Below are positions 47,067-57,210 of a DNA stretch of 64,000 bases, one piece after another; the stretch's first letter is position 1, and each line of letters opens with the position of its first letter. The stretch covers positions 19,767 to 83,766 of the forward strand of contig CASESG010000005.1 in NCBI GenBank assembly GCA_949290645.1, read 5' to 3'. The stretch comes from an uncultured Bacillota bacterium (GTDB taxonomy: Bacteria > Bacillota_I > Bacilli_A > RFN20 > CAG-288). The notes below the pieces were generated by a model. It was not told the origin of the DNA and did no database searches. It saw only the letters and a program-made list of their open reading frames with translations. Made by a program: the position numbers and the translations under genes.

Positions 47067-49540
47067 ATGAGACGAAAATGGAAGCTGCTACCTCTGTTGG
47101 CCATCGGCGTTGGAATCACGGCCTGCGAGACTCCGCTTTCCTCCTCCCCGAACCCCTCCGTTTCCGATTCCACCTCCGCTTCGACCACGACCTCTTCCGA
47201 CCTTTCCACCCCGTCCTCTTCCGCGCCGGATTCGACGACCAGTTCTTCCACCTCGACCAGCTCCTCTTCCAGCATCGTCGACGAAACGGCGATTCCGGAA
47301 GAGATGCGCGGGACTTGGGAAGGAAACGACGGAAGGTCCTTCTATCGCCTTGTCGCCGATGAGGAAAGCATCGTCCTCAACGGCATCCAGGGCGAGATCA
47401 CGAAACCCATCCAGGCCGTCGACGGCGGCTATCAAGGAGAGATCCGGTTCGAAGAGAAGACGTATGTCCTCGATTACTACGAATCCGTCTTCGACGGTTC
47501 GGTCTCCCTTCGGCTTCAGCTCGGGACAAAGACAATCTACCTGTACGACGACGGTTCCTTCCACGGACTGACCCTGCCCGAGGCCTTCCACGGCCGCTGG
47601 GAAGGCGTCAACCTGGCGGACAGCACCGACGATCGCCTCTATGTCATCGAAGTCGACGACGACGGACATCTCTTCTTCGAAGACACCGAGGGAACGATCT
47701 GGACAAAGGAAGACATCGAGGAGACCGCCCGCATCGAGGTCGAAGGCGTCTTCTACGAACTCGCCATCCTGGATACGTATCTCAACGTCCAAAGCGAGGA
47801 CGAGACCTTCAGGGCGCTGATGGAGAGAGACCTCATCCCGCCCGATCCGCCGGAAGGGACATACATCCCCGAAGACAGCCGCTGGTTCGGAACCTGGACG
47901 GACGAAACGCACACGCTCGTCGTCACAGAAGACGGAAAGTGGACGCTCGACGGCAAGGTCGCGGAACAGGTCCTGGAAGACAATTCCTACATCATCCTGC
48001 GCTATGACATCGAGAACACGAAAAGAAGCTATCATCTCCTGCTCAAGGAGCAAGAAGAAAAGCTCGTCGTCGAAGTCACCTCTCTCAGCGAAGGGATATG
48101 GACGCTTCGCAAGGAAGGAGAAGTGACGGAAGAAATCTTCCTTCCAAAGGAGTGGATTGGAACATGGGTCGGAAACGACAACGAAGGAGCAGAACATCGC
48201 TTTGTCGTCTATGAAGACGGAACATTCACTCTCGATAATATCGCCGGAGTGGTCTCCGAATTCGACGAACAATACGGCGAATATACCTTAACCATCGAAG
48301 AAGTCGACTATACGGCGAGAATGCAGGCCGACGGCAACATCCACATCTATTCCTTCTCCCTGGGCTTCGACGTCACCTTCGCCCCCGAGGAGGAAGAAAA
48401 GGATCCCATCGAGATTCCGGAGGAGCTCATCGGAACTTGGAAGGGCACCGGCGGGGAAGAGGAACTCACGCTCGTCTTCTTCGAGGACGACACGCTGACT
48501 CTCAACGAGCAAAAAGCCGAAATGACCTTCCTCGAGGTCCGAGAGGACGGAACCTACAACGGAACTTTCGAGGCCGATGGCATCGTCTATTCCTTCTCCT
48601 ATGTCCGTGCGACGGCCCAAGAGCGGGAGCATCTGCTCCTGAGCTCGGACAGCCTTGCGGAAATCCGCCTGGACAAGGAGCTGCTTTCCATCGCCGTCAC
48701 CATTCCGGAGGAGATGGCCGGAACGTGGAATTCGAGCGACGGTCACACCTTGGTCTTGAAGGACGGCTCCATCACGCTGGACGAGAAGGAAGGCATCTTC
48801 CTGGAAGAGATCCTCGCGACGGAGGATGGCGGATATGAGACGGTCGTTGCCTTCGAAGGCATCGAATATTCGCTCGCCTATGGCGACTTCGGATTCGGGC
48901 CGCGCATCCAGCTCGACAACCTCGCCACTTCCTACACGGACTTCTCCTCCTTCAAGAAGGAAGAGGAAGTCGTCGAGGAACCGGTCGTTCTTCCTTCCTT
49001 CCTCTTCGGAACATGGGAAGGAACGAACGTCATGGACGGATCGACTTACACCCTCTCCATCCAGGAAGACAGCACGGTCCTGCTCAACGACGTCCAGGCC
49101 GAAAGCGTCCAGGCCTACGACGAAGGTCTGGGACGGTTCAGCTTCACCCTGGGAGGATCGAACTATCAGGTCCGCTACGACACCGTTCCCGAAGAGACGC
49201 TGGCCCTCTCCAACATCGATCTCGGAATCCGGGCCTCCCTGAAGAAGAAGGAGAAGACGATCCTTCCCTGCTTCCCGAAGGCCTTGTCGGAACCTGGGTC
49301 GGAACGGATAGTATCACCTCAATCACCTGCACGCTGGTAGTCGAGGCCGATGGAACGACAACCGTCAACGGCCTTTCCCCGACACAACCGGCTCAATGGA
49401 CGGAAACAAACGGAACCTATAAGCTGGAAGGAACCTTCGGCGATGAGACTTGGACATTCACCTATTACTCCTTCTCGAATTCCATGAATGCGCTAACCGC
49501 CTCGTATTCCTTCATGGCTTCCCTCTACAAGCAAGCCTGA
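47067..49540 (+). pseudogene. Repeat-rich lipoprotein gene with a frameshift near 49225..49250 (frame 0 ends at 49340; a second frame continues the repeat motif to 49540)
   Basis: Lipobox LLAIGVGITAC. At least 7 internal repeats of [IL]P-x-E-x-x-GTW-x-G-x-D. An eighth repeat (LPEGLVGTWVGTD) is readable only in the alternate frame that overlaps the 3' end. Confidence 0.6.
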
Positions 49541-49567
49541 CCGAAACCGACAAAAGCCGCCTTTCTA

Positions 49568-49678
49568 TAGTGAACCCCTCTAGTTGGACCAAGTGGTAGG
49601 TGGTAGATGGGAAGGGGCATGCCCCTTCCCTTTGCTGTGCTATAGTTGATTTAAGGTCCAACAATAAGGGTTCACTAC
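49568..49678. repeat. Structured element: imperfect about 23-bp inverted repeats (49568..49590 / 49655..49678) flanking a perfect 22-bp palindrome GGGAAGGGGCATGCCCCTTCCC (49609..49630) and a GTGGTAG x2 direct repeat
   Basis: Direct read. Confidence 0.8.
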
Positions 49679-50000
49679 ACTATGCGAATATCAATGGAAA
49701 AAAGAACTTCGACGGAACCTATACCATCACCGATTCGAGCTTCATCCAGGCGATCGGAGAGCTTTGCCGACTCGATGAAAGCTTCTCTTCGACCGTCTCT
49801 TCCATGACCCTTGCCTTGGGCGAGAATTCCCTCTCCCTCACAGGAAAGACCGGCTTCTACGGTTCTTGCACCATCGATGTCTATGGCATCGGAACAACGA
49901 CTCTGAATTTTGATTGACAATAGCAAAAGCTGCTTTGAATTCCCAAGTTTTTTCCATTTAACATTTTTTATCGATGAAAGAAATTGTTCTAATCGTCTTC

Positions 50001-50864
50001 CTATCTTTCTTCTGTTGAACGCGCTTTTTTGACGAATTCGATTGCCTTCTTGGCATCCTCATAACCCAAAGAATAAAGCTTCTCCAAAGACTCTTTCTTT
50101 CGGCTCAGAGTCGAGATTCCATAGGTCGTTTTCGGAGAGAGGATGCAAGCTTTTCCTTCCTCCTGCAACTTTTTGGCCTTGTCAATCGCATCGTTGTAGC
50201 GCTTGGCCCTCAAGGCGAAATTTTCGGCCGCCTTGGGATACTTCTTCCGGACCTTTCGGGCAAGTTTTTCGTCTCCTTCCGATGTCCTCTTGTTTTCAAT
50301 AGGTCGGGAGAGGATCAGGACAATCTTGTCCGTGCCTAGTTCAAAGGCCTTCTCGATAGGGACAGGATCGGAAACGGCACCATCGTAATACGGGACGCCG
50401 TCGATCACATAGGGGCGGAAGTAATAGGGAATGCAGCTGGAGGCCTTGCAGACATCGAAGTCATCTTGCTTCATGCTCTCTTTGGGGAAGTATTTCGCCT
50501 CTCCCGTCCAAGCGTTGGTCGCGACGACGACAAGGTCCATGGGATTGTTCTTGAACGTCTCGTAATCCAAAGGATATTCTCCGCCCGAGTTGCTGAGGGT
50601 TCCGTAGACATAATCCAAGTCGACGACCGAACCACGAAATACGAAATTCGAAAGGCTCATGTATTTCCGGCGGAAGGAGTACTCCGTATAGAAGACATAA
50701 TTCCTTTTTTCCTGGCGAGCAAGAAAGGAGGCCAGATTCGCACTTCCGGCTGATACTCCGATTCCAAGCTCGAAATCGATCCTCTCTTCCAGGAAACGAT
50801 CCAGGATTCCGGCGGAATAGATTCCTTTGAGTCCGCCTCCAACATCGACGATCGCGATTTTCAT
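50001..50864 (-). CDS. Patatin-like phospholipase
   Basis: GGGLKG oxyanion motif, GVSAG nucleophile elbow, DGA/DGG catalytic Asp. Start at MKIAIVD after the AAGGAGGG RBS. Confidence 0.8.
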   Translation of the reverse strand: MKIAIVDVGGGLKGIYSAGILDRFLEERIDFELGIGVSAGSANLASFLARQEKRNYVFYTEYSFRRKYMSLSNFVFRGSVVDLDYVYGTLSNSGGEYPLDYETFKNNPMDLVVVATNAWTGEAKYFPKESMKQDDFDVCKASSCIPYYFRPYVIDGVPYYDGAVSDPVPIEKAFELGTDKIVLILSRPIENKRTSEGDEKLARKVRKKYPKAAENFALRAKRYNDAIDKAKKLQEEGKACILSPKTTYGISTLSRKKESLEKLYSLGYEDAKKAIEFVKKARSTEER

Positions 50865-51327
50865 CCGTCCCTCCTTCTTCATTTCCTCTCATCCAGTACG
50901 GCTTTCCGTGACGCATGTCAATTTGCAACAACTATGGATTCTATTGTAAGCCACCCGAAACCGAGATGCACCAGCGGAAGAAATGTCTTGCCCTCCCTTA
51001 CACACGCATAGTCGAAGGGCCAAACCGTATGTTACTCCATTTCCAAATATCGGGGCTGCCATGTTTTCAAAATGTGGGAGGAATCCAGGCGCCAAAAGCA
51101 GCATTGAACATATATAAACGTAGTCTTTCCGTTGTGTTGCCATCAATACTTCTGTAAGATTACGTCATAAACATAGGTAGCGGCACAGAAATATGTGTAA
51201 GGCAGTACCTTTGACTTCATTTTCGTTCGCACGCTCACCCGAAATAGAAACACAATATTACAACCTCACACGCACTTCTGCGCCACAACCGTTTTGCCTA
51301 AGGCAGCAACAAGATTGCCTCTCCCTT

Positions 51328-53588
51328 TCAATATTCATCATCGAGCAGAAATTTCGCTAAATGAATGATTTTGACGCCGTCGACATTTCCGGTGGCTAGT
51401 TCATCGAGGGTTATTACATATTTCGGGTAATTGTCTTTGATTTCAAGCAGATTCTCGACTTCACGATCCGACGTCTCCGGAAAGCTTCTGCACACTTGAA
51501 CGTAGATGCGCTCATCCCGTCTTAATGCCACGAAATCTATCTCCTTCGTTCCGTTCTTTCCGATATAGACTTCATATCCTCTCCGGCGCAGTTCAAAATA
51601 GACGACATTCTCTAGCATGGCGGCGATGGATGTCGGACGGTAACCCAGAACGCAATATTTCAATGCTGTGTCTGCCAGATAAAACTTTTCCTGGGTTTTC
51701 AGGACGGATTTTCCTTGCAAGTCATATCTTTGGCAACGATAAATGACAAACGCTTTTTCCAGCCATTCCAAATAATTGTAAATGGTCTCCATGGTGAGGG
51801 CTCGCCTTTCACTTTTTAGAAACTTGACGATGGAATAGGCCGAAAAAGTTTTGCCGGTATTCTCGATGATGTATTTTACGACACGATTGAACAAATCGAT
51901 GTTCACGACATTGTGCCGCCTCGTGATGTCATTGGCGATCACAGAATGATAGATTCCTTCCACAATTTGATAGGAAGTGCGCTCATCAAAGTGGCCCAAC
52001 GCCACGACTGGGAAACCACCGAAGCGCAGGTATTCATTGAGCAGATCATTGACAGGTTTTTTTCTTGCTTCTTGAAATCAAGATATTCCGCAAAGGACAA
52101 AGGATAGACAGGTATCGAAACATACCTCCCTGTCAGGTACGTGGATATCTCGCCAGACATCAACTTCGAGTTGGAACCAGTCACATAAATATCGGCGTTT
52201 GCGTTTTCGAGCAAACTGTTGATCGCTTTTTCCCAACCGCAAATTTCCTGCACTTCATCAAGCAGCAAATAGTAGCGCTCATCATCTGTCATTTGTTTCT
52301 TGATGCCGTCATACAAATCCTTTTGTGACATTTTAGGGTTTTCTTTAATTGCATATAGTATTTTTAATTCTGTTTTGTTTAATTTATCTGCCAATTTATC
52401 TACCGCTTTATCTACCAAATCTTTAAATGAACGAATCCAGTTATAAGGGATGGTAACTATTATAGAATCCTCGTTAATTTTAAAAGCTTTTCTTCCGTAA
52501 TTAGAAACAATCAAAGGATTTCCCTTACCCGTTCTTTCACTTAAATGAGTTGCAAGAAAAATGGAAGATAGATCTTCATTAACCGGTATGCTGTATCCCT
52601 TGTAAAAACCTTCAATGGTTTGTTTTGGAGCAAGGGATGAAAAAGAGGTTATTTCAATTCTGTCTTCAAAAAAAGTAATCATAGGAGCAACTCTTCTTAG
52701 CCAATTATTGTGAATAAAAGCATTTTTTACAGCCTCATTAAAACAATCTTGATTAAAAAGAGGGACATCTGTTCTTGTTCCACTATGGATATCTTCTATA
52801 GATTTAGTCATATTAATGGAATCGGCATAATCAATTATTCTGTCTATAACCAATACTAAACTTTGATTTCCAAATTCTTTTACAGAAAACAGTTTTTTTG
52901 ATTTATCTAGTCCCGAAAAAATGGATACTCTAACTGGAATAGAACCATTGTCGGCTAAAAAGCACGCCAACATGTTATATTTTCCATTATCACACAGCAA
53001 GTGCATATTTATTTTAAATGTTTCATCATTAAATATTAGATTTCTGCCTAAATAATAATTTTTTAACTGTGAAAAAGTTAAATCTTGTATTGGCGATTCA
53101 GTATTAATCATTGTAGGGTAACCTTTGATTAATACATTCCAGAGTAAACCTTCTCTTTCTGGATATTTTTCTAATGAAGCAATGCTTGAACCAATTCTTG
53201 AAAATCGTATTTTATTGAAAGAGGTCGGTACGTTTTTCGCACAAGGAATAGTTAAAACTATTAATCTATCGTTATTTATAAAAATTTCATCAAACTGAAA
53301 AGCTATGGAAGGCTTAAGATTCCTTGCCAAGTGGTTTTGAAATGGTTCATTTTTATAGCTACAAAATGGATTTATGTTAGTTCCTATAACATCATGTTTT
53401 TTATCATCAATTCCCCAAACTAAATAACCATATTCCTTTCCCAAAATGGATGCAGAATTAGATAATGCAGATATATATTGACCTATCTTTTTCTCTTCAA
53501 ACCAATTTACCTTAAATTCAAACCATTCTTCTTCATCACTTCTTTTAATTAGATCATTAACAACATCAATCAAGTTCATTTTAATCAT
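51328..53588 (-). pseudogene. Mosaic, frameshifted gene on an AT-rich island: N-terminal AlbA_2 (Schlafen-like) + HATPase_c_4 regulator fused in frame to an AAA_14 ATPase fragment lacking Walker A, then a frameshift (51939..52005) into a DUF4143 C-terminal domain
   Basis: Two overlapping ORFs, 51939..53588 and 51328..52005. Motifs FEFKVNW...LSNSASI, DRIEITSFSS, LLLDEVQ...YVTGSNSKLMSGEISTYLTGR, and the DUF4143 block. GC is about 30%. Confidence 0.55.
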
Positions 53589-53833
53589 ATTGGTAGATAA
53601 AGTGGTAGATATTTTGTTCGACAGAATCTGTAAGAGATAATTGAAATAGTAAGTTTCGTTTTACAAACAATTAATAAACTAATATTGACTTTCGGTTTTA
53701 ACCTAAAATAACGTCGCCTTGAACTAATTTTTATCTACTAGCAAAACGCCAAAAATAAAAAAATGCCCGATTTCTCGAGCAAATATCGTTCACTTTGATA
53801 CCTTTGCTTTGTATCAAAATGTTAGTTATAAGA

Positions 53834-53909
53834 TGGTGGATCATCAGGGACTCGAACCCTGGGCCCACTGATTAAGAGTCAGTTGCTCTACCAACTGAGC
53901 TAATGATCC
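53834..53909 (-). tRNA. tRNA-Lys (anticodon CTT), 76 nt with encoded CCA
   Basis: Reverse complement reads GGATCATTAGCTCAGTTGGTAGAGCAACTGACTCTTAATCAGTGGGCCCAGGGTTCGAGTCCCTGATGATCCACCA. Cloverleaf with 7-bp acceptor, D-loop AGTTGGTA, anticodon loop CTCTTAA and T-loop TTCGAGT. Confidence 0.9.
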
Positions 53910-54026
53910 AACTAGAGCTTAATAATTCTACCTACCTTCCAAGCAGAAATCAAGCATTTTTTCTCTCTCTCTTCGTCGGCTTTTTCCTATGCTACAATAT
54001 TCCCGTTCGACATCGAGGCTAGCCCA

Positions 54027-55172
54027 ATGGATTATCACAAGAAAAAAGCAAAGTCAGCGGAAGAATTCCTCACCCTTTATTTCGAACAGGAACACCTTTT
54101 GGAATCCATCGACTATGACAAGAATCTCTTGCCGGAGCTGATTGAGAAGGCGCGGAAACTGGTGTCGGAAGATCCCTCGCCGAGAAACGAGATCCTTCTC
54201 TCCTACCTTTTGATTGAAAACAAGGACACGGAAGGAATTCGTCTTCTCGACAGCATGGCAAGGACGGGAGAGAGAAGGGCGCTCTATCTCTTGGGTGAGT
54301 GCTATCACAACGGCTATCTCGTCGACAAGGACATCGACCAGTCCATTCGTTGCTATGAGCTGGCTGCCAGCAAGGGAGAGCCGATGGCCCTGACAAGGAT
54401 GGGAATCGCCTACACCTATGGCTTTGGCAAGGAGAAGGATATCAAAAGAGCGATCTCCTGCTTCGAGAAATCGGCGGAGCAAGGACATCCGGTCGCTCTC
54501 TATTCCCTGGGAGTCCTCCACTCGGTCTCCAGCTTCGAAAAGAAGGACATGAAGAAAGCCATCCACTATTTCGAGGAAGCGGCGAAGCAAGGCTCGATCG
54601 AGGCTCTCTCCAGCCTCGGCCGTGCCTATAAGTATGGGGAAGGGGTTCCGCAGGACTATCGAAAGTCCTTGGAATGCTTCCTCAAGGCGAGCGAGGAAGG
54701 AGACCTCTTCGCCATCAACAACGTCGCCCTATACTACGAGAGGGGTCTTGGCGTCGCCTTCGACCTGAAGAAGGCCCTCACCTTCTACGAAAGAGGAGCG
54801 AAGGAGAACTACGCCCCTTCCCTCTACCATCTCGGCCTCTTCTATCTCGAAGGAAAGGCCGTCGAGAAGGACGAGAAGAAAGCCTTCGAGCTCCTCAAGA
54901 AAGCCTCCGACCTCAACTATCCCTTGGCCTGCTATTACCTCGGCCTGCTCTACAAGGACGGAAGAGGGACAGACAAGGACGAAGAGAGAGCCTTCTATTG
55001 CTTCCGCATCGCCAAGGAGAACGGAATCGCCTTAGCGACCTATGAGCTGGCCTTGCTCTATCTCAACGGAGAAGGGGTGCCAAAGGACATCGACATCGCC
55101 AAAGTCTTGCTCCGTCAGGCAAGCGAGCAAGGGGTGAAGGAAGCCAAAGAGAAGCTCGACGAATTGAACTGA
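54027..55172 (+). CDS. Sel1-like repeat (SLR/TPR-like) protein
   Basis: About 9 tandem 36-aa Sel1 repeats (A..G.A.A...LG..Y..G.GV..D...A..W). Confidence 0.8.
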   Translation: MDYHKKKAKSAEEFLTLYFEQEHLLESIDYDKNLLPELIEKARKLVSEDPSPRNEILLSYLLIENKDTEGIRLLDSMARTGERRALYLLGECYHNGYLVDKDIDQSIRCYELAASKGEPMALTRMGIAYTYGFGKEKDIKRAISCFEKSAEQGHPVALYSLGVLHSVSSFEKKDMKKAIHYFEEAAKQGSIEALSSLGRAYKYGEGVPQDYRKSLECFLKASEEGDLFAINNVALYYERGLGVAFDLKKALTFYERGAKENYAPSLYHLGLFYLEGKAVEKDEKKAFELLKKASDLNYPLACYYLGLLYKDGRGTDKDEERAFYCFRIAKENGIALATYELALLYLNGEGVPKDIDIAKVLLRQASEQGVKEAKEKLDELN

Positions 55173-55221
55173 GCAATCGAAAAGCCCGCCTTCTTGAGAA
55201 AACGGGCTTTTTTGCTGCTTT

Positions 55222-56193
55222 TCAGTCGGTATACATATCGTAGGAACGAGAGACGGAGGTGTCGCTGTTGATGGCCGTGATGGCGTTTGCGATGATCGGG
55301 GCCAAGGAGCAGACGTGAATCGGAATGCTCTTGTCCTCGGCGAACTTCTTCGGAAGCGGGATGGAGTCGGTGACGAAGATGTGCTTGAAGATGCCCTTGG
55401 AGAGCCTCTCGTAGGCCGGGTCGGAGAGGACCGGATGGGTGCAGACGAGCATGACGTCCTTCGCTCCGTTGTCCTTCAGGGCCTGAGCGGCCGCGGTGAC
55501 CGAGCCGGCGGTGTCGACCATGTCGTCGACGATGAGACAGTCCTTGCCCTTGACATCGCCGATGATGTTCATGACTTCCGGCTGATAGGAGGCGTTCCTT
55601 CTCTTGTCGATGATGGCGATCGGGGTGTTGAGCTTCTCCGCGATCCTTCGGGCGCGGTTGACTCCTCCGTGATCGGGAGAGACCGTGACGAGGTTGCTCT
55701 TGTCGATGCTCTCGTCATGAAGGATGACATGTCCCAGGAAGGGGATGGCGCTGAGGTCGTCCTCGATGCAGGTGAAGAAGCCCTGAATCTGGGCGGCGTG
55801 GAGGTCGAAGGTCACGATTCGATCGGCACCGGCGGTCGAGAAGAGGTCGGCGACCAACTTCGACGAGATCGGTTCCCGAGGCTTGGACTTTCGGTCCTGC
55901 CTGGCATATCCGTAATAAGGAACGACGACGTTGATCTCCTTGGCCGAAGAGCGGCGCAAGGCATCGATGAAGATCAGGCATTCCATCAGGTTCTCGTTGA
56001 CGGGAGGGCAGGTCGATTGAATGATGAAGATCTGCTTGCCACGAACGGTGTCTTCCGGACAGGCCAAGACTTCTCCCGAAGGGAAATGGGACAGTCTCAC
56101 CTTTCCGAGTGTGACGCCAAGGTTATCGGCAACCTTCTGAGCCAGCTCGACATTGGCGGAGAGGGCGTAGACGACTGCGTTGTTCTTTAGCAC
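55222..56193 (-). CDS. prs: Ribose-phosphate pyrophosphokinase
   Basis: PRPP synthetase motifs HGYARQDRK and the DLHA...TCIEDD region; 323 aa. Confidence 0.9.
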   Translation of the reverse strand: MLKNNAVVYALSANVELAQKVADNLGVTLGKVRLSHFPSGEVLACPEDTVRGKQIFIIQSTCPPVNENLMECLIFIDALRRSSAKEINVVVPYYGYARQDRKSKPREPISSKLVADLFSTAGADRIVTFDLHAAQIQGFFTCIEDDLSAIPFLGHVILHDESIDKSNLVTVSPDHGGVNRARRIAEKLNTPIAIIDKRRNASYQPEVMNIIGDVKGKDCLIVDDMVDTAGSVTAAAQALKDNGAKDVMLVCTHPVLSDPAYERLSKGIFKHIFVTDSIPLPKKFAEDKSIPIHVCSLAPIIANAITAINSDTSVSRSYDMYTD

Positions 56194-56286
56194 GGCGATA
56201 TCCCCCTAAAACGCTTATTATTCTATAACAACAGTCCCGACTTTCAAAAAGGCAAAAGGGAAAGAAAAAAGGATTTCCTCCCTTCT

Positions 56287-57210
56287 TCAGGAATTCGTCT
56301 TTTCTTCCTTCTTCCTCTGTTGCGTCAGGAAGGACAAGGCTTGTTCGTTGGCCTTGAGGGAAGAAGGAAGGTCGACCTCGGTCACGCTCTGGACATGACA
56401 GAAGTTCTTGTCCTTGATCAGGACGAATTCCATATCGAAACCAAGGCGGGCGAAATCTTCCTTCAAGGAGAAGCTCATCGGATTGAGGAACTCATCTCCC
56501 GCGGAAGTGAGAAGGAAGGTCGGAGGAAGGGAAGAGATCATCTTTCCGTAGTCGTCGAAGTCCGCAAGGTCATAGAATTCCTTTCCACCCTTCCCGCAAT
56601 AGAGCTCGAAGAAGGTCTTTCGAGCCCATTTGTTCATGATCTTAGGCTTTGCGACGAAAGTCATCCTCTTGGGATAGCAGCAGGGATGATAGAGAAGCAG
56701 GGAAGAGAAGGAGAAAGGAAGGGGAGGAAGGTCATAGACCTTCTGCAGCTCCGGGCTTTTGTCGATGGCGCAGAGAAGAAGGGCCAAGCCTGCTCCGGCG
56801 CTGTCCCCGACAAGGGCAGAATGTTCGATGTCGAGGTGGAACTTCTCTTCGTTCTCCTTGAGGAAGAGAAGGCTCCCGTAGAGAGAATGGAGCATATCAT
56901 TGATCGTTCCGTCATAGATGAGCGGATAGGAAGGAAGAGCGACATGAAAGCCATTCTCTGCAAACCATTTTCCGAAATCGAGATTGAGATTTTCGTCTCC
57001 GTACATCCATCCGCCGCCATGGATGTCAAAAAGAAGGGGCTTTTTCTCCTCATCGGTCGATAAGAGATTGAGCGTGTCCTTGGTGTTGGGAACTGGATAG
57101 GAGTGGACACGGACGTCTTCCCTCTTCTTGTTGTTCTTGTGCCTCTTCTTGTCCGACTGGGAGACGAAGAAGAAAGTCAACTTGAAGGCCAGTTCGATCA
57201 GCTTGCTCAT
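56287..57210 (-). CDS. Alpha/beta-hydrolase fold esterase/lipase
   Basis: HGGGW oxyanion-hole motif and GDSAGAG nucleophile elbow. Confidence 0.75.
   Translation of the reverse strand: MSKLIELAFKLTFFFVSQSDKKRHKNNKKREDVRVHSYPVPNTKDTLNLLSTDEEKKPLLFDIHGGGWMYGDENLNLDFGKWFAENGFHVALPSYPLIYDGTINDMLHSLYGSLLFLKENEEKFHLDIEHSALVGDSAGAGLALLLCAIDKSPELQKVYDLPPLPFSFSSLLLYHPCCYPKRMTFVAKPKIMNKWARKTFFELYCGKGGKEFYDLADFDDYGKMISSLPPTFLLTSAGDEFLNPMSFSLKEDFARLGFDMEFVLIKDKNFCHVQSVTEVDLPSSLKANEQALSFLTQQRKKEEKTNS

Noticed and set aside
738-47275. Long antisense or alternative-frame ORFs (for example 738..1385, 2994..4169, 13607..15862, 16809..18425, 23975..25645, 25700..27163, 28013..28891, 29831..31849, 31761..33098, 33461..35545, 39923..42307, 44984..47275)
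   Set aside because: Each overlaps a well-supported gene on the other strand or frame and lacks a ribosome-binding site. They have biased, repetitive amino-acid composition typical of GC-rich shadow ORFs.
50883-51330. Search for a direct repeat of the tRNA-Lys 3' end marking the distal island boundary
   Set aside because: By eye there is no 15-bp or longer match to the tRNA 3' segment, so the boundary is inferred from the GC shift only.
53786-53812. Inverted repeat TTGATAC-CTTTGCTTT-GTATCAA just downstream (minus strand) of the tRNA-Lys 3' end, considered as the tRNA terminator or an att core
   Set aside because: No U-run follows on either strand and no second copy was found at the other island boundary. 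It is noted only as a possible protein-binding palindrome.
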